Positions 12,001 to 23,008 of a DNA stretch of 42,980 nt are shown piece by piece (position 1 is the stretch's first letter; the number at the start of each line of letters is the position of its first letter). The notes beneath the pieces were generated by a model. It was not told the origin of the DNA. It worked only from the letters and a program-made list of their open reading frames with translations, and did not search any database. Origin of the DNA: Vitrella brassicaformis CCMP3155 (Eukaryota > Protista > Chromerida); NCBI GenBank assembly GCA_001179505.1, contig CDMY01000611.1:1-42980 (forward strand), given 5' to 3'. The translations under genes were made by a program, and so were the position numbers.

Positions 12001-14873
12001 CGACCATGGAAAAGACTCTGACGGCCTTGACGCGCAGCGATCCACTGCCTTCATACCTGTAAGGGTGGGTGGACACATGTGTGCATTTCCGTGTCCGTGT
12101 GTGCACGTATACCTGATGCCGATTGTCTGTTCGTTTCTCTCTGCATCGACCGTCACGCTCACGGGTGGCGTCCTGCGTACATACACATCCACCAGATCGG
12201 TATGCACGGCTATGTGCGCGCCTTACCAGTGCCATTCTGATGTGTCTCCATCTCCGCTTGTGTGTGTGACGTAGGGAACCGATTTCATTGGCTCATCCTG
12301 TGCACACACCCAAACGCACACCGCTGTAGATGTGTGTACTTGTGTGCGCACGTATCATTGCACGGACGCGCACCTGGTACACAATCGTTGCTGGTGCCGC
12401 CAGATTGTCCACAAGGAATGAGACAGACACGCGAGAAGGGTTGCAATATGACAAAGAGAAGATCAGGTCGCTCAGGTCGCTGCACACACACAGAGAAAGA
12501 ATTGAATACTTGCGTGTGTGTGGGGTGTCTGCACCTTCATATGTTTGTACGTACGTGTTTTGTGTGAGAGTGGCGACAGTCTGTCCGCTATGTGTGGCCG
12601 ACTTGCTGACAGGCAGGTCACCCACACACTCCTGAGCTGCACGCATTCGGACACACGCATATGGTGGGGGGTGGGGGAAGACACACAATGAGATACGCAA
12701 TGCACGTCCGCACGTACCATTGAAGAGATCCACTGTGTTGGATTCTCTGTTGCGAACACAGCCATTACAATCGTCAACAGCACTCGATATCACACCTACA
12801 CACAGACACACAGAGCAAAGTGCATCTCTGGAGGCAGCAAGACATGCATGCGCAGACACAGACGTACCTTCCTGTATGCGTATTTCCACATCGCCGAGAG
12901 ACAGTGCCCTCAGCGTGACACTGAAATACGTGTGCTGGCCAGAGATGTCCTGCACAATGCAGTTGTCGAGCAATGAGGCATCGAAAATGCGATAGCCATC
13001 GATTATGCGATGTGAGAAGGTGACCGACAGCTGGAATAGCGGACCTACAGAGGCAGGCCACACACGCGTCGTGTGCTTGAAGGTGGGTCGGACGATACCG
13101 ATGATTGTGTTCAATGTGCTTGAAGGCTGCAGGATGGCAAGAGACACATTTGGGGGTGTGTTGTCTGCAAACACACATGCGTGCATGAACAAATGCGCTG
13201 GAATATCATCACACGAGTAAGTGCCTACCAATGCGCAGAAATGCGTCCGTCTGCAATGAGACATCCACCGCCAGTGTGGCGCCCCTGACCATGCCAGCAC
13301 TGCACACATACATCCATGCATATACAATATGTACGTACGCGATGGAGTGGATACACATCTCCACTCCTCGTACATTGTCTCATGTGTGCGGCATTCGAGC
13401 GTCGCGTATGAGAAATCAAAGCAGTGGCAGCCGTCAGATGAAAGACACCTGTGCACACAAGAAGACGTCCACGTATGTGTGTGCGTCCATCTGCGTGGGA
13501 CTCACACCTCTCGGCACAGAGCAGGGGGGTCGATGCTTCGGACGCAGTGGAGGTGTCTGCCTCGCCTGCATGTATAGACAATATAACCTGAGTGATCGAT
13601 TGTGAATCCGCAGAAGAGACACCCACGCGCTTTGTCGGTACACTGCTCATTTTGAGAGAAGAGGTAGGGGTTGACGAAATTCAAGGCCAGAGGAGACAGA
13701 CCTGCAGATACAAACACACGTGCAGGCCAGAGCGTGTGTCAGTTGTGAATGTATACCTCTCCTGATGTACACATATTGCGGCCAGAGCTCCGTCAGCACT
13801 TTGCTGTAGTATATCTGCACACAAGATACAGCTCGCGGCGTGTGTGCGTGTGGATGGATGAATGGATGGCATGCTACTCACTGCATATGGTTTGCCAAGA
13901 TGGCACGTCCACTGATTTGTGACCGTCTGCGCACACATTCCTGGGTGAGCGTGTGTGCACGATGCACACATACACACACATACGCCCACCGTCCTTACAG
14001 CTAAAATGACAGAGAAGGCATAGCAGTCGGCCAAACCCTCACATCTGCACACACACCAGGCACCCCACAAAAAAGAGAGCGAATGATACACTTCGGTTCG
14101 TCTGCGTCCCCGCGCACCTCCTGGCACACTCTTCCTGTGTGCTGAATATGTACTCAACGCGGTACACACCAATGCGCGCATCGATGATGCGCCGCTCGAA
14201 TGTGAGGAACGGATCTGGACAATTGCAAAGTGCGACAGCCAGTATTAATGTGAACAGGCAGGCAGTGTTGGTGTCCATGTACCTTTGCGTGTGTATGCCT
14301 GGAAGCCCACGCCGCTCATCCCAGTGACATTCTCTCGCGAGATGCGGCACGTGAAGGAGCTAAATGCACACACATACAGGGAGAGAGGCTGTTTTCTATC
14401 TATCTTCATCCGCACTCAATGACGCACTTACCTGTATGGGTACTTGAAGTCGAAACACGTACATGCTGCAATGGCCAGGCACCTGCACGCATGCACACAC
14501 ACATACGTACCAGCCACTTATCATGCATCTCACTCACTGTTCAGCGCATCCCTCCGCCGTCTCGATGCCGCTGTATGTCGTCAGTGTGTTGGAACAGAAC
14601 CTACATGCATCGAGCAACACATGGATGGTCACACACACGTGGATGTCCATGTTGAATGGCACACCGGTTGCTCAGCGGGTCATGGAAAAACGCGAGAGGG
14701 TCAAACGACTCAGCGGCGCCTGCATGACGACAGAAGAGGAGACTCATTGCCTCCTTTCCGTGCAGAATACCTGAGATGAGGCAGCAGAGTCCCGCCACAG
14801 TCAGCAAAACGACATTATGGACCTCCATTTCGAATCTCCGGATTTTTAGATCACCTTGGACCCCGACCGCCAT
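1..14873 (-). CDS. Giant multi-exon cysteine-repeat modular (CRMP-like) secreted multipass membrane protein; 3' end lies beyond window start
   Basis: Dozens of short exons separated by GT-AG introns rich in CA/GT repeats. Exon 1 encodes the signal-peptide-like MEVHNVVLLTVAGLCCLISG (ATG 14828, or in-frame upstream ATG 14873; donor GT at 14770). Downstream exons give PAN, Ig-like, LNR and GCC2/GCC3 motifs, a pre-TM motif (CAANREGRACGVCKRG) and TM segments (YTTPLLFLFAVTLLCGAFYVAINS; FELASPFILLAIFFVYWVLSYAVHLLL; IISAAYIALARIALSLFTC). Exon chain not fully resolved. Confidence 0.85.
1590..3520 (-). other. Array of GCC2/GCC3 (ephrin-receptor-like) Cys repeats
   Basis: CPAGMY..CEPCSRGGY; CDAGY..CEMCPKG; CTPGFYCPEG..CPTNMT; CAKGY..CAPCPVGFYK; CSPG..CVSCPSGSYK; CQKGY..CTRCEQGSYQ..CTDCPPTLTT. 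Confidence 0.85.
5994..7249 (-). other. Long 1256-bp exon with three ~100-aa Cys-containing repeats
   Basis: Acceptor CAG ends at 7250 and donor GTAAGT starts at 5993. Repeats: CVQGETCLVRVSGYDL..YTLCYC; CSVGQTCRFDVSGTFL..FDVCFC; CLSGQERECSVVLTGIGL..VRLCYC. A fourth, spliced copy probably lies at ~4140-4440 (FTLTIGGWGL..FHVCW). Confidence 0.75.
8830..9090 (-). other. ShK-like motif followed by an LNR (Lin-12/Notch repeat) module
   Basis: ADPSRCYECPHAREALTNCQESCGLC (C-x3-C-x2-C end typical of ShKT) and CHPYMIGDGVCDDVCLFKSFSFDGNDCC (GDGxCD..C...FDGxDC, LNR consensus). Confidence 0.75.
9290..9720 (-). other. Bacterial Ig-like (Big_12-like) module 2
   Basis: DTTPPVPSIAPLGQSITDEYPIRINVTYNEAV...FTESSVALENGSIVSIEPFANSRRRYAIEIH...EGTGVVDANGLPSRAS, paralogous to module 1. 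Confidence 0.6.
10690..12020 (-). other. Cys-rich repeats with 'C..xGARLC..EL ... VW..C ... (V/I)xCCAD' signature (at least 2 copies)
   Basis: ASLQMCTEMGARLCTHE, PTDAFVWTDEQCTNGGHLRV, SLRSCAEL, GVSLCQQRGARLCSFDELQF and YGISCCADS occur in successive exons. I cannot assign a named family with certainty. Confidence 0.55.
12720..13170 (-). other. Bacterial Ig-like (Big_12-like) module 1
   Basis: DNTPPNVSL...FQLSVTFSHRIIDGYRIFDASLLDNCIVQDISGQHTYFSVTLRALSLGDVEIRIQEG...AVDDCNG: D-x-T-P-P start, V-T-F-S strand and alternating beta pattern. Confidence 0.6.
13340..14605 (-). other. Three PAN/apple-like modules (spliced) in the CRMP-like protein
   Basis: Manually spliced exons: CSNTLTTYSGIETAEGCAEQCLAIAACTCFDFKYPYSSFTCRIS; VEYIFSTQEECARRCEGLADCYAFSV..NQWTCHLG; STPLLCAERCLSSDGCHCFDFSYATLECRTH. 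All match the PAN pattern C..C-x5-C..F..C. Confidence 0.7.
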
Positions 14874-14909
14874 TTTTCCCTTCTCTCCCCTCTCTCAACC
14901 ATTTCGACG

Positions 14910-17900
14910 ATGGACGGCTCACCTTCAAGGCGTCCACACATGCACCCCCCGCCCCCGCAGAGTGCCTCAGCTTCCGCCCCTCCCTCTCGCAACAAACGCC
15001 CGAGAGAAGAAGACGAAGAACTGCCAGCTGAGCAGGAGGCAGCAAGCAGCAACAGCAGTGCTCGTGGTCCAGATGGAGGACGCCGACGCACATCCACAGA
15101 CACAGCAGCGGGGGTCAGCAAGAAACAGCGAGTATGCAGCACAGAGGATGGTGCCAGTGGTGCGGCAGCTGCCGAGAGGGCTGGTGGCGGGGCAGGTCGG
15201 AGGACAGTGACGCTGGCACGCCCATGGGTGTGGAAGATGACATCGACATGCAGGTGGGGGAAAAGACAGTCATCATCTGATGAATGTGGGGACGGGACGG
15301 ATGGGTTTGTGTTATGCAATCAATCAACCAGGGTGGGCATGGCGACACTGCCGTCTTGTCGGCCCTCAGTGCCGTGAAAGCCAAGCTACAGAGGCAGCTG
15401 GCGCGCATCGAGGCGCAGTTCCAGAGGCAGCCCAGAGGCAGCTGGCACGCGTCGAGGAGGCAGAGGCAAAGGTGAACGATTGATACATGCATCCATCCAT
15501 ACATCCACTCGTGACTCAACAACCGCCTGTCTGCGTCTGTGTGTGCGTCTGGTATCTGGGCTGCTCAGGCACAGCATTTGTTTGCAGTGAGGGACGCCCT
15601 GCCGCCGCCCCAAACAGACGCACAGCAAAACCGAGTGCAGGTGAGGAGACCAACGCGCACCCACACGGGTGCAGCAAACATATGAGTGGCCCTTATTGTC
15701 TTGTGCTGTCAGGACATCGACCGCCACCTGCGAGTGCTGCGGTCTATGGTGCGGCTACTGACTCTCCCGCAGCTCGGGCACACGACAGCCGGCCGATTGA
15801 TGAAGCAGGTGGCCAGCAAGCTCGAAATGATCGAAGGCAAAATGGCCAATATCAACAGAGATGAGCAGGCGAGCAAGCAGCCAACAAAAGTATTGACACA
15901 CATCGCTCGCTGGCTGAGGATCGTATGTTCCTGTCTGTCAGGTTGAATGTTCATTTTTGGAGCGTGTGCCTGAGGCCCTCTGGATGAGCGACGGGAGGCG
16001 CATCGGCATCGGCGGCTTCCTGGGCTTCATTCCCTCTATCGAGTCCATCCTTCATCTGAGCACCCACTTTCGCTCTCTCACGGAGCAGCCAGCCATGCAT
16101 CCAATCGTCCAGCTCACCGACAGCCCAAAGCCACGCATCGCTGCCAGATGGACAGGTAAGAAATGGGCAACAAGCCACCAAACACACGAGCCGACACGGC
16201 ATCTGTGTGGGTGGGTGGGTGCGCATCAGGTCGGCTGTCGACGTGCCAGACATTCGTTGTGGACCACTGGCCAAGTCAATCGCTCGTCCAACTGCTCGAA
16301 GGCACTGCGCCGACCGTCCAGACAATCGACCTCCGTGGCCAGGCACCCCGAAGCAGAGGCGGCGGCTTGCCAGGCACCCTCTACATGAGGAAGAAGCAGA
16401 TAGCAGCAGAGAGCCTCTCACATGTAGAGGAAAGAGAAAAGGAGGTACAGAGATGGACGCACGAGGGAAGAACAACACCATCGGTGCATCTCTCTCGCTC
16501 TCTTTGTCTGTGTGTGTGTGGCCAGAAGCCGATCGTTTTCCCTAACCTGCGGAAGGTGAGCGTCCGTGGAAACTCCGGGTGGGGCAGCTATGCTGCCATG
16601 CGCAACTACCAGCTTCCCGCCCTCTCACACTTGACAGCGAGTGTCTTCAGTACGTCGGTTTCGTGGGCATGGATCAAAGGGGCCTCAGGGGGCCTCACAT
16701 CGATCCACATCGTCGAAGAGGTGCGCCAGGGACACACAGATGTGACGACCAAATGACAAGTGTGTGTATGTTTGCAGGAGCAGCATGTGGCACCGATGGA
16801 CCTCGATGCCGTAGCAGATTCACTTTTCGGCACCGTGACGCAATCAGGTGAGGGGTGGTAAGAGAGACCGACAGACAGGACTTGTCAATTAGGCCCAACC
16901 GACTGTTTTTCTCTTCTTCTCACGACCAGCCGCAACGCTCACGTCCCTGACTGGTCATCTCACGCCCCGGCCGGACAAGCTCAAGCGATTCGTCCGAGCA
17001 CTCGACGGGAGCCGCCTGCAGAAGATTGAACTGATGCTCAGGGATGAGAACGAACTCAGTTCCATCGAGGTACAGACGAACAATACCAACAGAAAATGAT
17101 GCTCTCAGGAGTACATCTGCACCATGATTGTGCCCCCATTCTTTCGGCAGATGTTGCACCGGTTTCGCACCAGCTGTCTCGCCGCCACTGCGGAGGAGAC
17201 GTACTACAGCTACAGCCTCGATAGCCCCTCATCCCCGCCATGCCCCGCAACGAAGAGAAGCTCTGGCTATGCCTCCCCCTGGCAAGCCACAACATGTCCC
17301 GCTACTGTGGGCCACGTCCTGGCGATAGATCAGCAAGATGGCTTCTATGGGCGGACAGGAGGCGCTCAAAGCCATCAAGATGATTGACTTCTGCAGCGTC
17401 CAAGAGAAAGGGGACCGCCAACAACGCTGCACTGATGGGGATGAGAGGCACACAGAGAGACCCGTCCTTACGCGGACCAATGGCAATTCGGTCAGTGATG
17501 CTCCTCGCCCGATGCGCAAAGGAAGCTCATCTTGTCTGTCTGTCTGCCTGCCTGCCTGCCTGTCTATCTGTCTATCTGTCTGCCTGTCGGTCTGTCCGTC
17601 CGTCCGTCCGTCCGTCTGTCTGTCAGGTGTGTTGGCTGAGGAACTGAGAACTGTGTTGCCAGAGGTAGCGCTCGAGAGCAGTGTGGACAGGGGGGACGAC
17701 AAGGTGCTGTACGTCAACCTGCCTGCCATGCTCTACAAGACCATGCACGCGACACAACACATGGCACACACGACAGAGGCACACGAGAGCGGGGCGGATG
17801 AGGCACGGCAGCCATAAGTGAGATCAGGCAGGAGCTAGCCAATCTGACAAGGGATACTCGAGAGATGAAAGCACTGGTGAGTGCCGTTGTGATCGATCGA

Positions 17901-18098
17901 TATGAGAGGGAGGGACGGCGGCAGCAGGGGGGACGTGGGCCGCCTCTGTATGATGGTGGGATCGATATGGTCCGTGGCAGGGGACGACTAATTGCATACA
18001 TGCGTCATACACATGTTGATAGAGTCCATGGCTCGGCTGGGGACATGGACCGTGGAAAGAGACATGGGTTGCATTGTATTTTCTCAGTGAGTGGCTGA
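14910..18098 (+). pseudogene. Multi-exon lineage-specific gene (low-complexity N-terminus, coiled coil, F-box/LRR-like region), probably disabled
   Basis: Exons: MDGSPSRR..KRPREEDEE..; ..GVEDDIDMQ|GGHGDTAVLSALSAVKAKLQRQLARIEAQ; DIDRHLRVLRSMVRLL; FLERVPEALW..IGGFLG; IVFPNLRKVSV; LTSLTGHL..LQKIELML; EELRTVLPEV; EIRQELANLTRDTREMKAL. There is a frameshift near 15195, an 11-bp tandem duplication (15422-15443) that shifts frame, and a probable stop or frameshift near 17326. Confidence 0.6.
17533..17626 (+). repeat. Compound tetranucleotide microsatellite (TGTC/TGCC/TATC/CGTC) in an intron
   Basis: Seen directly; ends in the acceptor ctgtcag before the GVLAEEL exon. Confidence 0.85.
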
Positions 18099-19289
18099 CG
18101 AGTCAATGCACATGCACACATGACGCGAAAGTGGTGATCACACGCTGGCTTCACCCGAGCACGGACACGCACAAATTCATCCCCGTCTCGCAAAATTCTC
18201 TGACCCCCGGTCACTTTGAGGTACGAAGCACTGTTGAATACGTCAGTCACAAAGAAATCACGTATTCAACCATAACTGTCACAACACCCATCAAATTGAG
18301 TTTCACGTCAAATTGAGGTTCACTCACTTATTCAGTGACGTGATACTGTTCCCATCATGTGACTGTCATGTAATATGATTGCAATGTGTTGTGCGTCTCT
18401 CAGTACATACGTAGGGACGGCCTCTGTGTACCTGTTGACTTGCAATTGTGCATATTTATACATGTGCACTGACCCATGGCCATTGATTCAACTCTCATCT
18501 GCCACCCGTGTCTCTCGATTGGTGTACGTATTCGATCGATCGATCAGATCGATCGTCACATTACGAAGCGACATACAGACAGATACACACAGACAGGCGA
18601 CATACAAACCCTCGAGAAATCCGAAGAATGGCATTTTACGTATTGTGTGTATTTTCGCAATTTTGCCATGTATACACATCGATCGATTGATCGATCGGCA
18701 CAGCACGTACAAAACAACTGAAGACCACTTGCCAAACAGCGGTGAGACGAATACGAAAAATAGCAAGAACAGCAACGTCTCTATGGTTGTGACACATCGA
18801 CTGCTCCTACCTGACTATTGCTCCCTCCTCTATCCGATTTCGAGAGATCAGTGCAGCGACAGTGCACACAGAACACCACCCGCCGACCCGCTCACCCCAG
18901 GTGTTGACTCACGAGCACTGACTCACGAGTGAGGCACATGCATTTTGGCGCCTCAGCACTTGAGTCATTCGTGCACCCCCCACATACAGAAAGTAGACAC
19001 AAGTCATGTCGACACGGAAAGCCCAGCGCGCCAACGTGCATACGACTAATGCAGCCGAAGAGCGCATCCATCTAAGAAAACGCGCTTATACACGCAAGTC
19101 CGAGACAAGACCGGCAGGTGACCGAAAGCAACGGCAGAAGAAGAAGCAAAGGCGCAGCAGCAGCACGAGCAATGCAAGCGAAATTCACACATGGGACAGA
19201 AAGGGCAAGCATCACATGCATATATGCAACAGATCGACAGCTTGGGTCGCTTCTTTGCCACAGAATCAGCACCAGATGGAACATCAATT

Positions 19290-20578
19290 AGTAGCTACCT
19301 GAAACAAACACCAGAGACACCAGAGTGTCAGACAAACAGACAGCCATGAAGAGGCACACATGGCAGATCGTTCTGTGTCGCCCTACTTGAATGACGAATG
19401 GTGAGCCTATTCGCTTTTGCCGTCTCGGCCTCCCGAGGAGGTCCCACTGTAAGAAACCAACTATCCATCCATTTATCACGCACACAACACATGCACATTC
19501 TTTCCATCGTGCTGGCTGGCTGGCTGGCTGTCTGCGTGTGATCTCATCCCTCTGGTTGGTTGCCTTACTAAGTGCGACACACGGCGCCTTCGGAACTGCC
19601 GGGCGCAGCACTCTCATCGCAGCAGCAATCAATTCCGCCGCCCTTCTTGACGCCCTTGGGACTACAGCAACAGGATTGTCCTTTCGAGCTCTTGATGAAC
19701 TTCTCGTAGCCATACTGCACACAACACATTCAGCTGTGCTTCCATCGGCCCCCGTGTCTGGTGGTGCGAACCTGCATATGATCGCAGGCCTTCTTTAAGC
19801 TGTCGCACGCCACCAAGTCGTCGGACATTACACTGCAGCCCTCCGCTGTCGCATCTGAAGCCGAGACAAACACACGCACACACAGACGTGTGGCACTCTG
19901 TGTATTGATGATAGATAGGTACCCTGCAGCGTCTTGTGTGGCGAGGAGTGAGTGTTCCAAGGAGAGGAAAGCAGCCGCACGTCATATCACATCACATGCT
20001 TGCAATTCAACCAACATAACAGCATCTGTCTGGTCTTCCCGCAATCACCTTGGCCTTCCGTTTTGCGTGCGTCACGTCGCCGGCCACTCTCTCCGAGACG
20101 GGAGCCATGACGATAAGCTTTTCTTGACTGATATCAGAGCTAGGCCCAGCCTTATGTCGCGATCCGTCACCTGCACAACGCAAACAGCAAGCACACACAT
20201 AGACAGTGAGTCGTTGAATAGTCGCGCGGTGTGTCGATACGTACCATCTGCTGCACGCAAGAAGGCGCTACGGTCTTCATTGGCTAGAGCGAGCAAATTC
20301 TGGAGGTCGACCAGCAGCTGCTGTAGCATCTGCCCGTCACGGGCACACAGAGCTGAGGCCGCCAAAGAGGAGCAGGCAGCAAACGAAGGGCAGACAAAAT
20401 GCAACACAGGCCATTCTCAATCCACAATACAAGTACGATTCAGGGCGACAAGGGCGGGTCTCGAGTCGTTCGTTTGGTTCCAGATGCCCTCTCTCTTGTG
20501 CGTTAGCGGCCTTCCGCAACGACGTTAACGATTCTTCGCAGGATAACAATGTCAGTCCTCGCTTCTCGTGGTCAGTCC
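19290..20578 (-). CDS. Fragmentary multi-exon gene of unknown function (5' exons not identified; may be a pseudogene)
   Basis: Open exons with AG/GT borders: TDHEKRGLTLLSCEESL..GLRMA; DGQMLQQLLVDLQNLLALANEDRSAFLRAAD; GDGSRHKAG..HAKRKAK; SDATAEGCSVMSDDLVACDSLKKACDH; FLQWDLLGRPRRQKRIGSPFVIQ. No family recognised. Confidence 0.4.
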
Positions 20579-20614
20579 TGAATGAAAGAATGCCTGACTG
20601 GAAGAGAATCCACT

Positions 20615-22140
20615 GATGAATGTCTCTGTGCGCACACCTGCATATACACGCGTCGACTTGGAGTGTGTGTATATGATGAATGTCTCTGTGCTCTCACGTG
20701 CGCATGCATGTTTGAACTTGGAGTGTGTGTATATGGTAAACGTCTCTGTGCGCATACCTGCGTATACACAGGTCGACTTGGAGTGTGTGTATATGATGAA
20801 TGTCTCTGTGCACACACCTGCGCATGCATGTTTGGACTCGGAGTGTGTGTATATATACGATGAATGTCTCTGTGCCCACACCTGCGTATACACGCGTCGA
20901 CTTGGAGTGTGTGTATATCATGAATGTCTCTGTGCGCTCACTTGCGCATGCATGTTTAAACTTGGAGTGTGTATATGATGAATGTCTGTGTGCGCAAACC
21001 TGTGTATACACGCGTCGACTTGGAGTGTGTGTATATACAATGAATGCCTCTGTGCGCACACCTGCGCATGCATCTGCGCATGCATGTTGGAACTTGGAGT
21101 GTGTGTATATATACGATGAATGCCTCTGTGCGCACACCTGCACATGCATGTTTGGCCTTGGAGTGTATGCGTATGATGAACGTCTCTCTGCACACACCTG
21201 CGCATGCATTTGTGGACTTGGAGTGTGTGTGCGCACACCTGCGCCTGCATGTTTGGACTTGGAGTGTGTGTATATATACGATGAATGTCTCTGTGCGCCC
21301 ACCTGCGTATACACACGTCGACTTGGAGTGTGTCTATATAATGAACGTCTCTCTGCGCACACCTGCGCATGCATGTTTGGACTTGGAGTGTGTGTATGTA
21401 TACGATGAATGCCTCATATACACGTTTGGACTTGGAGTGTGTGTACATATACGATGAATGTCTCTGTGCGCACACCTGCGTATACACGCGTCGACTTGGA
21501 GTGTGTCTACACGTTCATTATATACACACACTCCAAGTCGACACGTGCATACGCAGGGGTGCGCACACGGACATTCATCATATACACACAGAGACATCCA
21601 TCGAGTCCACGCGTACGCGTGGAGTTGGAGGGCGTGTATATGATGAGAGTTTCTGTGCGCACACGTGCACCTACACGGATGCATCGAGTTGAAGGGAGCG
21701 TGTCTGTGCGCACACCTGTGCATGCACGCAAAGACACGCAAACTGTATATGGGATCATTGTCTCTGTGCGCACACCTGCACATGCACGCGTCGACTTGCA
21801 AGGGGCGTATATGATGAATGCCTCTGCGCGTATGTTTGCGTATGAAGGCGTGGACTTGCAGACGGTGTAAATGTCTATGTGCGCACACCTGCACATGCAC
21901 GAGTGCCTCGAGTAGGAGGGAGTGTCTCTCTTGGCAAGGTGTGCGCATGCACGCAAGGACCTCCAGACGGAACATGGGATGAATGTCCGCACACAAGCGC
22001 CTGCACGCGTGGACTTGAAAGAGGTATCTCTGTCCGCACACCTGCGCATGCACACGTACGCGTGAAGTTAGAGGGCGTGTATGTGGTGAATGTATCTATG
22101 CACATACCTGCACAAAAACGTATGCGTCGAGTTGAAGGGA
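20615..22140 (+). repeat. ~60-bp minisatellite array with A/B dimeric higher-order structure, one inverted segment and a degenerate tail
   Basis: Unit gatgaatgtctctgtgcgcacacctgc[gtatacacgcgtcg | gcatgcatgtttgg]acttggagtgtgtgtatat starts at 20615, 20675, 20735, 20795, 20859, 20919, 20977 and onward. A reverse-complement segment lies at ~21514-21602; units are more diverged from ~21603 to 22140. Confidence 0.92.
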
Positions 22141-22179
22141 GTGTGGGAGTCGTTGGTGATGTTGTTGGATGGCCTTTAA

Positions 22180-22960
22180 AAGGACCTGAACCGCGTCATT
22201 AAGAAGCCCGATGTGGAGGAGCCAGACATCACCCGCAAGAAGCTCAGTGAGGGTAAACGAGAAGAGAAACTGGCTGTCGAAGCTGGTCCAGGCACCTTGC
22301 TACGCTTCCTACTGTGACTCACGAGTATGTAAACTCATCTTCAATCCATGCTTAGCAACACTTGCAATGTCGGTGTTGTGTCCTCGATCATCATTGCAGT
22401 CGCCTGTTTGTCACGCAATAAGGTCTCTTCTCGCGCAAACGCAGCAATCATGTCGGCTACATACCTCAGAGCTCTGAGTCGTGCAACACGCACAAACAGG
22501 TAGTCTGACCGCTTTCGTGTCTTCCTGTCTCCCTTTGGTGATAGAAGTGCCGCACACCCTTGAGAGGGAGAGCATGCAAGAGATGGATGCTTGTATGAGG
22601 AATGATGTCCCTATGTGTCTTGTCATCAACGTGTCCTGCCAATGAGAGAAGTCATCTGTCGATCCCTCCGCCTTAAGAAGGATGCTGGCTGAAGCCTTGA
22701 ATCAACACTGTGACTTCATTATCCCTGGCACATCACACGCATAGACGAAGAGCACACGTGATGACACGCCATTTTTGTCTACTTCTTTGCGTTTGCTTAT
22801 ACCAGAACGGATATTTAGAGCCTTTTGAAGAGTAGCAGCGCTTTTTGAAGAGTTATTTGCACTCTCAGTCGCGGTCCGCCGAGTGTTTTGGGAGCACAGG
22901 CCAATTGAATTTGCGGACATCTCTCTTGACGCCTATCGAGAGGCAGATCGAGCGACGATA
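22180..22960 (+). pseudogene. Decayed coding fragment of unknown family
   Basis: Protein-like stretches broken by stops: KDLNRVIKKPDVEEPDITRKKLSEG..; LRRMLAEALNQHCDFIIPG..FEELFALSVAVRRVFWEHRPIEFADISLDAYREAD*. Confidence 0.25.
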
Positions 22961-23008
22961 GATGCTTAGGGAATTCACACCTCCCTACACACAAGCAGGC
23001 ACACAAAA

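Noticed and set aside
1-14800. Many overlapping 60-200 aa ORFs with HTHT/CVCV runs, and the poly-His/Gly at ~2405-2423
   Set aside because: Read-through of intronic CA/GT and GGT microsatellites, or antisense to real exons.
20552-22105. Long His/Cys/Thr-rich ORFs over the minisatellite
   Set aside because: Produced by a 60-bp (3n) unit and open in several frames on both strands; no splice or domain support.
20615-22140. CRISPR array
   Set aside because: Units are contiguous ~60-bp repeats with two recurring variants, not unique spacers; no cas genes; eukaryotic context.
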